A stretch of 64,000 nt of DNA from Octopus bimaculoides (taxonomy: Eukaryota): positions 9,655,362 through 9,719,361 of the forward strand of contig NC_068983.1 in assembly GCF_001194135.2 (NCBI RefSeq). The letters are read 5' to 3'. The translations under genes were made by a program, and so were the position numbers. Positions 23,709-37,790 of this stretch are shown here, piece by piece. Under the pieces are notes generated by a model. It searched no databases. It was not told the DNA's origin and saw nothing but the letters and a program-made list of their open reading frames with translations. Position 1 is the first letter of the stretch. Each line of letters starts with the position of its first letter.

Positions 23709-25976
23709 CAGAGCTAACTCGGTTGTCGACCATAATTTGTTCTGGAAGTCTTTTCTAAAACCGAATTGCTCGAGAATCGAATCTTTTTTTCCCCATTATA
23801 ATTAGTGTAAAAGAGATTAATTCGTTTCCTAGCACCAGATGAATGCTTATTTACAGGCTTACACTATATATTTTGCTATAAAAACGCTTATTCAAACTGT
23901 AAATAACACACAAAGTGTGTTATTTCTTAGAAGAGGGGTCCCCTTCCAAAAAAACTTCTGGTAACTGTCTTTCGGGGGTTTCTTCCCTTTTTAATCTCTT
24001 TGGCTCAGGAAAATCTTTCTCTGAAGTTTCTTTTCTTATTTCTTTCAGTAAAAATCCTGTCCAATGTTGATCGTTTTTGCTTGCGTTGGAAAATTTCTCT
24101 AAAACGAGACATGACATTGTCATTGAAATTGTTTATTTGCTACCACTGTCTCAAGGTGATATTTTTCCAAAAAAACTTTGCACATCATCCCATTTAGCAC
24201 AGATTTCTTTGATTAAAGAATTTGGGACATCCTCCTTTCCTTCCTTCTCCTCAGAAGACATTTCCTCAGCGAAAGTCTTTTGCTATTCATTTTGAAAATG
24301 TACGAGCTCTTCGGTGGTAAGCTCAGTACGGTGGTCTTCCATCAGCTCTTCAGTACCTTCACTGTCGTTATCCAAGCCCATAGTTTTTCCCATAGAGACA
24401 ATACCATCAACAATAGCAATTTCCTCAACAGCAGCAGTGTAGCTGTGTCAAACCCCTCAAAGAAGTCGTTCTGGTACACAGTCTGGCCAAAGTTTCTTCC
24501 ATGCTGAATTCATGGTTCTGCAACCCACTTGGTCCCATGCATTATCGATAACATTAACATAATTCGGGATACTGAAATGATTTTTCCAAACTTCTCTGAG
24601 AATTAAGTAAGCGTCATTAGTGACTAGAAAACACTTTCGAAACAGGGATTTTGTGTAAAGTTTCTTAAAGTTTGCATTGGTTGTATAAGAGGAGTTGTGT
24701 TGTTAAGAGGCAGGTTGTTAAGAGGCAGGTTTTTGATCTGAATAAAATCAAACTCTTCAATTAAGTCATCCTTCAAACTTGGAGGGTGAGCGGGAACATT
24801 GACTAACACGAGAAGGCATTTTAAAGGCAAGTTTTAGTCTTCAAGATATTTTTTAACACTCGGGGCAAAAACTTCATGAATCCACTCAATAAAAAATTGC
24901 CTGGTTACCCAATCCTTCGTATTAGCCCGCCCCATAACAGACAATTTATTCTTCATAAAATTGTTTCTTTTGAAGACCCTCGGATTATCGGAATGGTAAA
25001 CAAGCAATAGCTTGATCTTGAAATAGCCATTTGCGTTGCTGCATAGCAACAAGAGTGAATCTATTTTTCATTGGCTTGCGCCTTGGCAACGCTTGTTCTT
25101 CCTTAGTAATATAGATCGTATTTGGCATTCATTTCCAAAATAATCCTGTTTCATCTCCGTTGAACACCTGTTGGGGAAGATAGCCTTCTTCCTTTATCAA
25201 GTCACTAAACTCAAACACAAATTTCTCAGCCACTTCCTTGTTTGAACTAATTACCTCTCCATGCCTAATTACACTGTGTATTTCTCTTCTCTTCTTAAAT
25301 TTCTCGAACCAGCCTCTACAAGCTTCTGAATTCAAAGTATCACATTTAGCACTTGTACCAGGGGTTTTCTTTACTAGATCATTATAAATTTCTAATGCTT
25401 TCTCACAAATAAATGCTTCGCTGATACTGTCACCTGCTAATTGTTTCTCATTTATAAAAATAAACAATAACTTTTCCACTTCTTCGAGTATCTTTAGTCT
25501 TTGTTTATTAATAACAGTCACTCTTTTTGCAACATCAGCTGCTTTTATCACTTCCTTATCTCTTAGAATAGTAGATATTGTCGATGTAGGCATATCGTAC
25601 TGCGCAGCGAGATCTGACACGCGAACGCCATTTTCGTGTTTTGCAATGATTTCTTTCTTCACTTCAATTGTTTTTCTCTCAAATTTTCTTTTCCTTTATC
25701 TTTCTTTGAAGCTATGACTAAGGGCTAATGAAGAGAAAAAAGGGCACAGTACAATAAAATTGGAAAAGAAAAGAACAGCGCAACACACGAATGTGTACAA
25801 CACGCGCTTCGACTCAGAAATGAATCCATTCGGGTTAACTCGGTTCGGCTCGATTCGGCAATGTTGTTCGAGAACCGAAATTTTGTTCAAAAACCGAGGC
25901 ATTTTCATCTCGAATTTTTCTGTTCGGAAACCGATTTCTTCGACATGTGAGAAGTTCGAGAACCGAGGTTGCTCTG
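23709..25976 (-). mobile_element. Full-length decayed Tigger/pogo DNA transposon
   Basis: Imperfect TIRs CAGAGCTAACTCGGTTGTCGACC and CAGAGCAACCTCGGTTCTCGAAC; TA on both flanks; internal transposase remnant. Confidence 0.92.
23920..25715 (-). pseudogene. Tigger-type (TIGD1-like) transposase pseudogene: HTH-psq, CENP-B HTH, DDE_1
   Basis: KKEIIAKHENGVRVSDLAAQY, GWFEKFKKR, QQVFNGDETGLFWK, LLLCSNANG, LLVLVNVPAHP, TTPLIQPM, C-terminal LPEVFLEGD; stops and frameshifts; start codon apparently ATA. Confidence 0.92.
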
Positions 25977-26647
25977 TATATATAATTATTTCGATGCGTA
26001 TGTACGTCTTTTGTGTCTGTGTTTTTTCCCACCATCACTTGAAAACCGGTGTTGGTGTGTTTACTTCTCCGTGACTCAACGGTTCATCAAAAGAAGCCGA
26101 TTGAATAAGTACCAGGCTTAACAAAAAAGAGAAGTACCGGGGTCGATTCATTCGACTATAAATTATTCAAGGCTGTACCACAGCATGGCCGCAGTCTAAT
26201 GACTAAAACAAATAAAAGATAGAAGACAAAAGATACGCATATTGAACGATAACCATCTTTTAGCTATGTCCCATCTGTGCCAAACCATGTCTCCAATCTG
26301 AGAAAAATCGAAACCATGTCTCCAATTTGAGAAAATTGCCTGTGTTTTTTCCACTAGTTTTGCCGGTCCTGTAAATAGTTATGCTTGCTGCCTATTCAGT
26401 AAGTGAAAATATGCCCCAAGAGAACTAATGTCTAGTGACTTAATTAAGAATGAATTTACAGCAGATATTTGAAGTAGATTCAGGTTTAAAGTAAGTATAT
26501 ACTTTAAAATATATATTAATCGAACTACTTTGCTTGCCGTCACTTGTTTATATGAACTAAAATATTTCAAATTTTGCCACAAGGTCGGCAATTTCGAGAA
26601 AGCAGATAAGTTGCGTACATCAATTATATTGTTCAACTAATAGTTAT

Positions 26648-27190
26648 TTTATCGATCCGAAAGGATAAAAGCAAAGTCGTCCTAGGAAGAACTTGAACTC
26701 ATAACGTAAAGACAGATGAAATGCCTCTAAGCATTTTATTAAGCGTGCTAACGATTCTTATTTCTTTATTGACCACAAGGGGCTAAACATAGAGGGGACA
26801 AACAAGGACAGACAAAGGGATTAAGTCGATTACATCGACCCCAGCGCGTAACTGGTACTTAATTTATCGACCCCGAAAGGATGAAAGGCAAAGTCGACCT
26901 CGGCGGAATTTGAACTCAGAACGTAACGGCAGACGAAATACCGCTAAGCATTTCGCCCGGCGTGCTAACGTTTCTTATTTCTTTGTTGCCCACAAGGGGC
27001 TAAACATAGAGGGGACAAACAAGGGGATTAAGTCGATTAGATCGACCCCAGTACGTAACTGGTACTTAATTTATCGACCCCGAAAGGATGAAAGTCAAAG
27101 TCGACCTCGGCGGAATTTGAACTCAGAACATAAAGACAGACGAAATACCGCTAAGCATTTCGCCTGGCGTGCTAACGTTTCTGCCAGCTT
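26648..27190 (-). mobile_element. Head-to-tail SINE B multimer (about 3 units)
   Basis: Repeated core; junctions AAAGAAATAAGAA(A/T)CGTTAGCACG. Confidence 0.88.
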
Positions 27191-27741
27191 GCAACATTTG
27201 AAGAAACAAAATACATACAACTTTTACTAGAGTGAGTAATTTCAAATATGGCCATGCTAGAGTGTCACCCAATTATTTTTCTTTTACTTTTAATTACCTA
27301 ATTCAAGACAGCGAGCTTCTAGAATCGCTAGAGAGTCGGACAAAATGCTTAGCAGCATTTCTTCCGGTTCTTTACGCTTTAGGTTCAAAGTCGACGTTAC
27401 CCTTCACCTTTAGATTCCATAAAATAAATACTAATTGAACACCGGTATTAATGTCATTGCCTAATTACCTCCCTTAAAATTGCTAGACTTATGCCAAAAT
27501 TTGTCATCGTTAATTACTTAATTTCTATCTCCCCTCCTCCCTCTTCCTCTCTTTTGCTTTCTACGCTTGTTTCGTTCATTGACGTTTTTGATCACAAAAG
27601 TGTTCTTTGTCTTTTTCATTTACTTTCCTTTACATTATTTCTTGTCTATTGTTTATTGCTAATTATTCTTTTCATCGTTGATTATAATCATTTGTCATAG
27701 TTGTTGCTGGTTGTTTTGCTTTTGTTGTTATTTATTCTTTG

Positions 27742-27950
27742 TCGGCGGTGAACTAGCAGAACGGTTTCTGCACCAGACACAATGCTTAGCAGTATTTCTC
27801 TCCCGGTTTCATATTTCGCTGAAGTCGACGTCACCGTTCATTCCTTCAAGGTCTATAAAAGTGGTGCCAGTTAAACAACTAAGATCAATGCAATCGACTA
27901 ACTCCCTCCCCCAAAATTTCAGGCCTGTAGTAGTAGTAGTAGTAGTAGTT

Positions 27951-28004
<54 letters not shown>

Positions 28005-28200
28005 AGGCGCTGAGCTGGGAGAATAGTTCACGCATCAGACATTTCTTAGCGTTCTCTAAGTTTTGAGTTCAAATACCGCTGAGGCTGACTTTGCCTTTCA
28101 TCCGTCGGGTTCGATAAAATAAGTACCAGCTGAGTACTGGGGTCAATGTAATTGACATTCCACTCCCCGCAGAGTTACCAGTCTAATGAGAAAATTAGAA
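27742..28200 (+). mobile_element. Two degenerate SINE B (tail 2) copies around (GTA)n
   Basis: Heads at about 27742 and 28003; core motif recognisable. Confidence 0.7.
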
Positions 28201-28224
28201 AGAATTTAGTGTTGGTGATTTAGT

Positions 28225-28680
28225 AAGGCAGCGAGCTGGCAGAAACGTTAGCACGCCGGGCGAAATACTTAGCGGTATTTCGTCTGTCTTTATGTTCTGA
28301 GTTCAAATTCCGCCGAAGTCGACATTGCCTTTCATCCTTTGGGGGTCGATAAATTAAGTACCAGTTACGCACTGGGGTCGATGTAATCGACTTAATCCGT
28401 TTGTCTGTCCTTGTTTGTCCCCCTCCATATTTATCCCCTTGTGGGCAATAAAGAAATAAGAAATGTTAGCATGCCGGGTAAAATGCTTAGTGGTATTTCG
28501 TCTGCCGTTACGTTCTGAGTTCAAATTCTGCCGAGGTCGACCTTGCCTTTCATCCTTTCGGGATCGATAAATTAAGTACCAGTTACGCACTGAGGTCGAT
28601 GTAATCGACTTAAACCCTTTGTCTGTCCTTGTTTGTCCTCTCTATGTTTAGCCCCTTATGGGCAATAAAGAAATAAGAAA
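28225..28680 (+). mobile_element. SINE B dimer with a single flanking TSD
   Basis: Two units joined at AGAAA; AATTTAGTGTTGGT at 28203-28216 and 28682-28695. Confidence 0.9.
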
Positions 28681-29188
28681 TAATTTAGTGTTGGTATGTT
28701 ATTCATAATCCTGTTATCGTCTCTGTTGATGCGATTTTCTTTTTGCTTACGTCGTCTTGGCTACTGTCGTTGATGTTGTTACTGATGAAGGTAATTTAGT
28801 TATTGTTTGGCCGAATCGTTAGCACGCCGGGCAAAATGCTTAGCGGCATTTCGTCCGTCTTTATGCTCCGTGTTATTTTTGTTTTCGACGGTCTTTGGTG
28901 TTGCTCATTAAGAAAGCAAACATGTTCGGTAGATGCTATTTTAAGTCTCTTGTCGTAGAGCTAAAATTTCAAGACGATTAAAATAGTGTTGGAATAACTA
29001 CTTCCTTAGGATGTTGAGATCGTGCTGTCAAGATGCTGTCATCTCTATAAAAGGCTTGTCTGTATATTTTGTGGTGACGTGGGAAGGTTGAGTACGTACA
29101 GGTTGGGAAGAAAGTCTGAAGAAGACGGATATTTCTGGAATTCCACTCGACAAATTGCAAGATAAGGAAGTGATGTCCTTGCACGCAG

Positions 29189-29229
<41 letters not shown>

Positions 29230-30097
29230 GCTGTTGTTGTTGTTGTTGTTACTGTTGTTGTCGTCGGTGGTGGTGGTGGTGGTGGTGGCGGTGATGTTAG
29301 CGTTGGTTTTATTCCTGTTGTTACTGTCATTCTTTNNNNNNNNNNNNNNNNNNNNNNNNNNNNNNNNNNNNNNNNNNNNNNNNNNNNNNNNNNNNNNNNN
29401 NNNNNNNNNNNNNNNNNNNNNNNNNNNNNNNNNNNNNNNNNNNNNNNNNNNNNNNNNNNNNNNNNNNNNNNNNNNNNNNNNNNNNNNNNNNNNNNNNNNN
29501 NNNNNNNNNNNNNNNNNNNNNNNNNNNNNNNNNNNNNNNNNNNNNNNNNNNNNNNNNNNNNNNNNNNNNNNNNNNNNNNNNNNNNNNNNNNNNNNNNNNN
29601 NNNNNNNNNNNNNNNNNNNNNNNNNNNNNNNNNNNNNNNNNNNNNNNNNNNNNNNNNNNNNNNNNNNNNNNNNNNNNNNNTATATACGTATATATTTATA
29701 CATCCATATATATATATAAATATACATACACACACACACACACATATATACGTACTTTCAATGTTCACTTTCGTAGTTGTAATGTTGTGTTTTTCTTTTT
29801 TATTTTGTTTTGTGTTCTGTTCTTTTGTTCTTGCAGTGACTTTGTTTTTTGCTTTTTGTTTTTTGATTTTTTTGTTTTTCGAAGTTTGTTTGTTTGTTAT
29901 TTAATTGTTTGCATGTATGTATTTAGCAGAGCTCTTCACTGATTTAATAAAAAAAAGAAAAGAAAACACTGTAGCTAAATGATTCCTTTAACAATTGGCT
30001 CTAATTACCATTCATTTTAGTATTTTATTTCAATAATTCTAATTAAATGGGAAGCTTTCAAAAATAGAAGAAAAAATAAATAAATGTCAACGATATT

Positions 30098-30149
<52 letters not shown>

Positions 30150-30396
30150 CAACAACAATAAAGACTTGTTTATGTTTAGGATGAAAGCGAGGCATGATGA
30201 GACAGATGATGATGATGATGGTTATTATGGTAATGGTAATTATGAGATCGTTAGGTTGATGATTCTGATGACAGAAAAAATAACAATCATGCCGATGATG
30301 GTGATGATTCTTGTGCTGTTACTTCTGCTACTCCAACTGCTATTAATGCTGCTGCTGATGATGATGATGATAATGATGATGATGATGATGATGATA

Positions 30397-30433
<37 letters not shown>

Positions 30434-31459
30434 CGACGACGACGACGACGACGACGATGATGGTGGTGGTGATGGGGTAGCGGTGGTAGTGATAGCGATG
30501 GTATACGTGTTTATGATGAGGGGGGTAAATGGTGACGAAGATGGTGGTGGTGGGNNNNNNNNNNNNNNNNNNNNNNNNNNNNNNNNNNNNNNNNNNNNNN
30601 NNNNNNNNNNNNNNNNNNNNNNNNNNNNNNNNNNNNNNNNNNNNNNNNNNNNNNNNNNNNNNNNNNNNNNNNNNNNNNNNNNNNNNNNNNNNNNNNNNGG
30701 TTGCGGCGGTGGCTGTAGCGGTGGTGTTTGTCGTGGTGGTGGTGGTTGTGGTAGTGGCGGTGGTGGTGGTGGTGGTGCTGCTGCTGCTGGTGGAGGTGGT
30801 GGTGATAATCGTCGTCGTGGTGTGCAACGGCGGTGGTTATGATGAAGATGATGACGACGAGGATAATGATTACGATGATGTTATCGACGAAATCACCTAT
30901 GTGGCACTAATGTTATTTCTAGCGGAATTAATTAAAAGACATTTTTAAAACAGACGTTGAAAAACAAAATCTGTTATTCGTTCGTTCGTTCATTCGTTCG
31001 TCGTTTCTACGAATGTAACCGCTGAACGATGATGATGATGATGATGATGATGATGACGACGACGACGATATCATCATCATCATCATCAGGAAGTGGTGGA
31101 GATGGTGAAGAATAAAATCGAACCTAACCGTGCCTGGACTGCAACTCAGATTCCGTTTTCAGTTGTAACAAGGTTCAAAGTTCAAGATCCAAAAGCAATT
31201 TAAGTAAGGCAAGAACACAGAAGCACCTATCACATAACTCTTGTAATAAATATAGAATCATAAGCTTAATCAATGGGCGATGTGGTCCGAAGAGTACACT
31301 ACGTCAGAGTATATTTCGTGACGACATGGTGTGAACTGTATATCATAATTTATTTAGTGGTCATCGATTTTTGATGTCATTTAACTATATGTTGAGGCAT
31401 GACAGCCTCAGTTTATAACTTATTTATCAGTTTCCAGACTTTATATAAAAATTACTTAC

Positions 31460-31678
31460 GTATTTTCATGGTAGCTGTTGTGTCGATGCCCCCAGGCGAA
31501 GAAGTAGGATCTCACAAGACATATAAATAGAGGTAGTCTGGCCGTGGTAGGTGTTGAGTAGCAGTCGAGTAGCAGTTGTGTAGCGGTTGAGTAGAGATTA
31601 TCTGAAGGTGCTATATAGCTGTAGTTTGAGACATAACAGTAGCCAACCGAGAAAATCTCTTCGTGGTTGCATAAGCTG
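31460..31678 (-). CDS. Possible upstream exon (219 nt) of the minus-strand gene
   Basis: NAGNAG acceptor tactttctttagcag and donor TAC|gtaagt. Either one through-open frame, or 5'UTR plus accATGAAAATAC (MKI, phase 1), which would join exon 1. Confidence 0.35.
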
Positions 31679-31964
31679 CTAAAGAAAGTACACCAATAAA
31701 ATCCCCTCAAATCTCATACCGTATTAATATGGGAACACACAAATTGGGCAATAGTTCTAGAAGATACATTGTCCAAAAATAAGATAGAAATTGCGCTCCT
31801 GAAACTTTATGATTAATAGTTTCGATCTGATTTGACCTAAAGTTACACAACGACAACGCAAAATGTAAGCTTGCTTCCAGCGATGTAGTATTTGGTTTCG
31901 AATTCCGGTTAAAGGAATTTCAATGTATTTTGCTCTCAAATGCACAAAAAATATATGAACGTCG

Positions 31965-32128
31965 TAGGAGTGGCTGTGTAGTAAGTAGCTTGCTTACCAA
32001 TCACATGGTTCCGGGTTCAGTCCCACTGCGTGGCACCTTGGGCAAGTGTCTTCTACTATAGCCTCGGGCTGACCAAAGCCTTGTGAGTGTGGATTTGGTA
32101 GACGGAAACTGAAAGAAGTCCGTAGTAC

Positions 32129-32201
<73 letters not shown>

Positions 32202-32413
32202 TGTGTCTGTGTTTGTCCCCCAACATCGCTTGACAACCGATTCTGGTGTGTTTACGTCCCCGTAACTTAGCGGTTCGGCAAAAGTGACCGATAGAATAAG
32301 TACAAGGCTTACAAAGAATAAGTCTTGGGGTCGATTTGCTCGACTAAAGGTGGTGCTCCAGCATGGCCGCAGTCAAATGACTGAAACAAGTAAAAGAGTG
32401 AAAGAGTAAAAGA
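31965..32413 (+). mobile_element. SINE type A, full length
   Basis: Head, central (GT)n, tail gaaacaagtaaaagagtgaaagagtaaaag. Confidence 0.92.
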
Positions 32414-32923
32414 AAACGTCTGGTAACTTTTTCTAGCCCGTATATACTCTGGTCTTTATATCTATGTAAATAAAATATGTCTCATACTTCAATAGCATTA
32501 TGACGAAGTATTTAATGAAAGAAATATATGTGTTTTGTTGTAATTACACGATGGCAGGATGGATAAGGTACTAAACAACCAGCCGAAAGTGTTGGTGTTT
32601 CGTTTCATATCACTGGGCAACATAACCGTATGTCAACATAACTGTAAGTGGTTTCCGCTGGACTGAAATGCGTCGCCATTAATCAGTGGCAATATTTTGA
32701 ACAACACAAGCGTTTTATTAGCTCGTGTGTTACGAATCACTAAAATAACGGCTTCATTATCCATTCTATGATTACCTTTGTATAATAGAAATTATTGCTA
32801 AGATATTATTAACGTCTGTTATTTTAGTGAAAGTTAACTGACTTCCGGTAGGTCAATAACCACTTGTTGCTATTATAAAATTGCTAATCAGATGACACAC
32901 TCATGGAATCGCTATGAAGTGTG

Positions 32924-33360
32924 TTATTTCTTTACTACCCAAAAGGGGCTACACACAGAAGGGACAAACAAAGATAGACAAACGGATTAAGTCGATTATA
33001 TCGACCCCAGTGCGTAACTGGTACTTATTTAATCGACCCCGAAAGGATGAAAGGCAAAGTCGACCTCGGCGGAATTTGAACTCAGAACGTAACGGCAGAC
33101 GAAATACCTATTTCTTTACTGTCCACAAGGGGTTATACACAGAGGGGACAAACAAGGACAGACAAACAGATTAAGTCGATTATATCAACACCAGTGCGTA
33201 ACTGGTACTTATTTAATCGACCCTGAAAGTATGAAAGTCAAAGTCGACCTCGGCGGAATTTGAACTCAGAACGTAGCGGCAGACGAAATACCGCTAAGCA
33301 TTTCGCCCGGCGTGCTAACGTTTCTGCCAGCTCGTCGCCTTTTTCTGCCAGCTCGCCGCT
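32924..33360 (-). mobile_element. SINE B dimer with an alternative junction
   Basis: Junction AAAGAAATAGGTATTTCG; head end duplicated at 33320-33360. Confidence 0.88.
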
Positions 33361-34110
33361 ATCAAGCGTGAGCTACAATGTTACTGAGCTGGTAGAATTT
33401 AGCGAACCTAACAGTATATCCAACCATGTGCTGCACTCGTGCAGTTGAAAACTCTGCGCTACCAGCGTCATTTGCTTATAATATGCTACAGTCACCAAGT
33501 TGCTGGTAATTATAATCGTCGCGTTGCTCCTCAAGTGATATAATTCCTGTAGCTATGAGCTGTATGCATCACAAGCATTCATTAAGTTACTAATTAGTTG
33601 TGCTTTGATTATCATGCTAAAAGAAAAAGGAGCTGCACACAAGTTTCTTATCACTCGAGTTTCTAATCTAAGCTGTAATTCATCAGGTTTCTCACTTAGT
33701 GGTGCAACCATCAAATTGCAGACTTGACCCTGCTTTCGTTAACTTACAAGCTGAAACTGCATCCATCAAACTGCTAAACCTATCCTACATTTCATCACAC
33801 TGACAACCACCAGTCATTATGCTTATTAATTAACCAAGGGTGGTGAAATAAGCTCTATAGTTAACCATCAGCATAGTTACAGTCATTCGTGTTATGAAGA
33901 GGGGCTGCGAAGGTTGAAAATAGGTGGATAAATTGCGATGTTTAATAAGATTTATTGTATTTTCCGACATACAAGTCTAAACTTTCAGACCAAAATTTCC
34001 GGACAAAAGAGAAGAGAGAGGTCCGCTTATACCAAGATGACTTAAGAGGACCAAACATTCCACGTGAAATGCAACAAGATTTGGAAAGATGGTGACAAAC
34101 TTTGAATACC

Positions 34111-34600
34111 CTTTTATTCTTTTACTTGTTTCAGTCATTTGACTGTGGCCATGCTGGAGCACCGCCTTTAGTCGAGCAAATCGACCCCAGGACTAATTCT
34201 TTGTAAGCCTAGTACTTATTTTATCGGTCACTTTTGCCGAACTGCTAAGTTACAGAGATGTAAACACACCAGCATCGGTTGTCAANNNNNNNNNNNNNNN
34301 NNNNNNNNNNNNNNNNNNNNNNNNNNNNNNNNNNNNNNNNNNNNNNNNNNNNNNNNNNNNNNNNNNNNNNNNNNNNNNNNNNNNNNNNNNACAAACACAG
34401 ACACACAAACACACACACACACATACATATATGCGGGACAGGCTTCTTTCAGTTTCCGTCTACCAAATCCACTCACAAGGCTTTGGTCGGCCCGAGGCTA
34501 TAGTAGAAGACACTTGCCCAAGGTGCCATGCAGTGGGACTGAACCCGGAACATTGTGGTTGGTAAGCAAGCTACTTACCACACAGCCACTCCTGCGCCTA
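34111..34600 (-). mobile_element. SINE type A, full length (N-gap inside)
   Basis: Both halves match the 31965 copy. Confidence 0.9.
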
Positions 34601-36777
34601 TGTTTACACTACACTTTAAAAATATATACAGCATTAGTTTGTATGCCAGAAAATACGGTAGATGGTTTTTAAACTTATATATTTTTCCAACAACATGGTG
34701 AAGAGAGAAGAGTTATTTGGATGCAAACGCTGTTCTGTCCTTTCATTAAATAGAGAAGGTGGTAAAAATGTTCACTAATACAGGTGGAATTGGAGAGGGA
34801 TTTAGCTGGAATATTAATTAAAGGAGTGGGACGAGATCTGATGGTGTTCCTGTTCTTCCATAATACAGGATTGATATAAATGAAATTACATCGATCGGGA
34901 ATCGAAACTGGATCATGTTCTTGACTCAACTGGATCTTACCTTTTCCCTGTATAATCTATTCACTGTTCTGCTATGATACTAGAGCTAATGTTTACCTCT
35001 TCTGTGATCATTGAATAACATTGACTTACAAGTCAGGTATTTCACATTCAGTTACTATTGTAGGACTGGAAAACATCTATTGTCAACGCTCGTCAAAAGA
35101 TATTTTGTTCTACGTTCGTGTTAAATGTGTATAGCCGCGAATGCCTGTGTTTGTGTACGTGTAAAGCGTGTATGTTTGAATGTACCTCTGAGAGAGAATG
35201 TGGGCGTTTCATTGTATGTGTGTGTATCATTGTATGTGTCAATGTATGTGTATGTATACCAGTGTAAGTATGAATATGAATTTGTAAGTACATGTGGATG
35301 TGTAAGAATAAGCGAAGTTGTTTGTTGCTGAATGCATGTATGTGAAAATGTGTATATGTGTACTGGCTTGTGCGCAAATATGGTGAAATGATTAGGAAAT
35401 TTGCTTCAATCTTACTAGGTCACTGGTTCGAATCCACCGTTTGATAGCTTAACCAAGTGTCTTTTACCACAGCCCTGAGTCAACCCGAGGTCAAATCATG
35501 AAAATGGTAACTACTGAAAGCTTACATGGATTGTATCGGTAAAACAAAATGTCGGCTTTGTCATGCATTTTGCCACGTTTATTATGTCAAAGATACTAAT
35601 ATCTGAAAAATACTGAGCCACGAACACACAGATTCATTGCGCAGGCGATCCAGTTGGTCACACAGCTGGAATACTAATCATCGAAACCGACGGAGATCCA
35701 TTTACTGTCTTGTAATGCTGTCTTGTAATGACCAGCATCGTGAAGTGGATGAGTACGATAACGACGACGACAATGAAGAGGAAGGTGATGACGAACATGA
35801 GGATTATGAAGATGGAGGTGGCGATGGCGGGGGCAGCGATGATGGTGGGGGAGGTGGGGACAGCGGTGGTAGCGGTGGTAGTGGTGATAGTGGTAGTACT
35901 GGTGGTAGTGGTGGTAGTTGTTTTTGATGGGGCTGGTAGTGATATTGGTGATCGTGGTGGCAGTGCTGGTGATGATGGTGCTGATAGTGGTGATGATGAT
36001 GGTGATGTTAATGATGATGGTGGTGTTGATGGTGCTCGTGATGATGACGATAATAATGAGGATGATGATTCTGACGGGGGTGAGTGCGGCGGCAATGCTG
36101 TTAGTCATTACAGTGATGATAGTATTACTATTGTACTACATTGTCGACAAGCATCTTGTTCAAATATCTGCTAATGAAGCACAAGAAAGACTAATGTTTA
36201 TGGCGTCTCATAGATAGATGTTTTTATCATTAAACTCTTTTTAGCTTTCTCTTCACATCTGCCCTCATTTCTAGCTTTTTTTTATGCGGTTTGCTTTTCT
36301 TTTTCTCTATTATTCATTTAGTAATCACGATAATATTATTGACAACAATTCCCTTAATTAGATAATCAAATGCTTTCACTACCCTTCAGGACCGATTCTT
36401 TATTTCATTCATACAATCATGCTTTCAATGATTCATTCATTTGGCTGTTTAGTTATTCTCGTGTCTCAAGTGGACTCGATCTCACTTCTGTAAATTAGTG
36501 AATTATATATAAATTTCCACTCAGCCAGTCTCTTCACCATTAATTATAATTATTGTCATTATCACATTGGTAGATTGACGAAATCGATAAACGCATCGGT
36601 TGGTACGCTTGGCTATATTTCTTTAAACACCTTTACATTCAATGTTCAAATCTCACATAGTCACACTTTATCTTTCGTCTCCTTGGGATCGTGAAAATAA
36701 GAACTAGATAAGTCCAATAGTCGATTCAATCGACTCGAACGTCGTTACAAATATGTGGCTATGTGCCAAGTTAAGAA

Positions 36778-36837
<60 letters not shown>

Positions 36838-36840
<3 letters not shown>

Positions 36841-37334
36841 GAGTGAGAGAGTAGTGCATGCCATCAAAGTGACACTGGGGTAAAATATACGAAGCCCATT
36901 ATACCCATCATGACTACCCGTCTGATAAGGGTACACCAGGCCCATGCATCACAACCATATGTGCGTGACATGGTGATCTCATATCAAGATAAACAGAGCA
37001 TGACCTCGCAGATGGGGCCCAGTTAGAATTTTCTTCAGGTTGAGTAGCCCATCCCATTCAAAAGGTCCCTGAATAAGGTGTTTAAGGATATTGAGCAAAA
37101 CACCCATGTTTCCAAAGGTGAATTATTCAAAGCCCCCAGAATTCCTCTTAACACATGGCAATGATGCTCCCCCACTACTTCTGCTCGTGATCAGAGATGT
37201 ACATATCGCCAGCCACCAAGGGACATGCTCGACTGGTCAAACAACTGACAAGCAAATCTGTGGTATTAAGCAGAATATTTGCTGTAGCCCATCTTTTATA
37301 CCAAAACAAAACAACGTACATGATAGCACTTCCA

Positions 37335-37335
<1 letters not shown>
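36838..37335. repeat. Unclassified element of about 500 bp bracketed by (ATT)n arrays
   Basis: GC-balanced non-coding block between two (ATT)n tracts; single copy in this window, so repeat status is inferred. Confidence 0.4.
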
Positions 37336-37428
<93 letters not shown>

Positions 37429-37685
37429 TCATTATTAATATTATCATCATCATCATCATCATTTATGGTTTCCTTTCATTATAACTTTATTTCAGCAGCC
37501 TTAGTACCGGGCATCCTCCGGAGGCCAAGTGTAGCAAGGGCACTTTTGTTTTGCTATGCATTCTCACCACATTTATTCCATTTTAGATGGAGTATGCTTT
37601 CTGTAGTATATGAGCTGCACCCATCAAGGTTATCTTTTCTAGTCCACGTAGATTGAAGTAAATTTTTCTTTTCTGTCTGTTTGTA

Positions 37686-37790
37686 TTGGGAGGAGCCTCG
37701 TGGAGCTTTAGGTGTTTTCGCTCAATAAACACACGCAACGCCCGGTCTTGGAATCGAAACCATGATTCTCCGACCGCGAGTCCGTGTATC
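37686..37790 (-). mobile_element. SINE type D 5' fragment
   Basis: Reverse complement of ggactcgcggtc..gtttcgattcc..gagcgaaaacacctaaagctccacgaggctcc. Confidence 0.75.

Larger units (their letters stand above)
23523..26235 (+). mobile_element. Older SINE type A split by the Tigger insertion
   Basis: 5' half at 23523-23700 ends in (TA)n; matching 3' half resumes at about 25990-26235. Confidence 0.8.
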
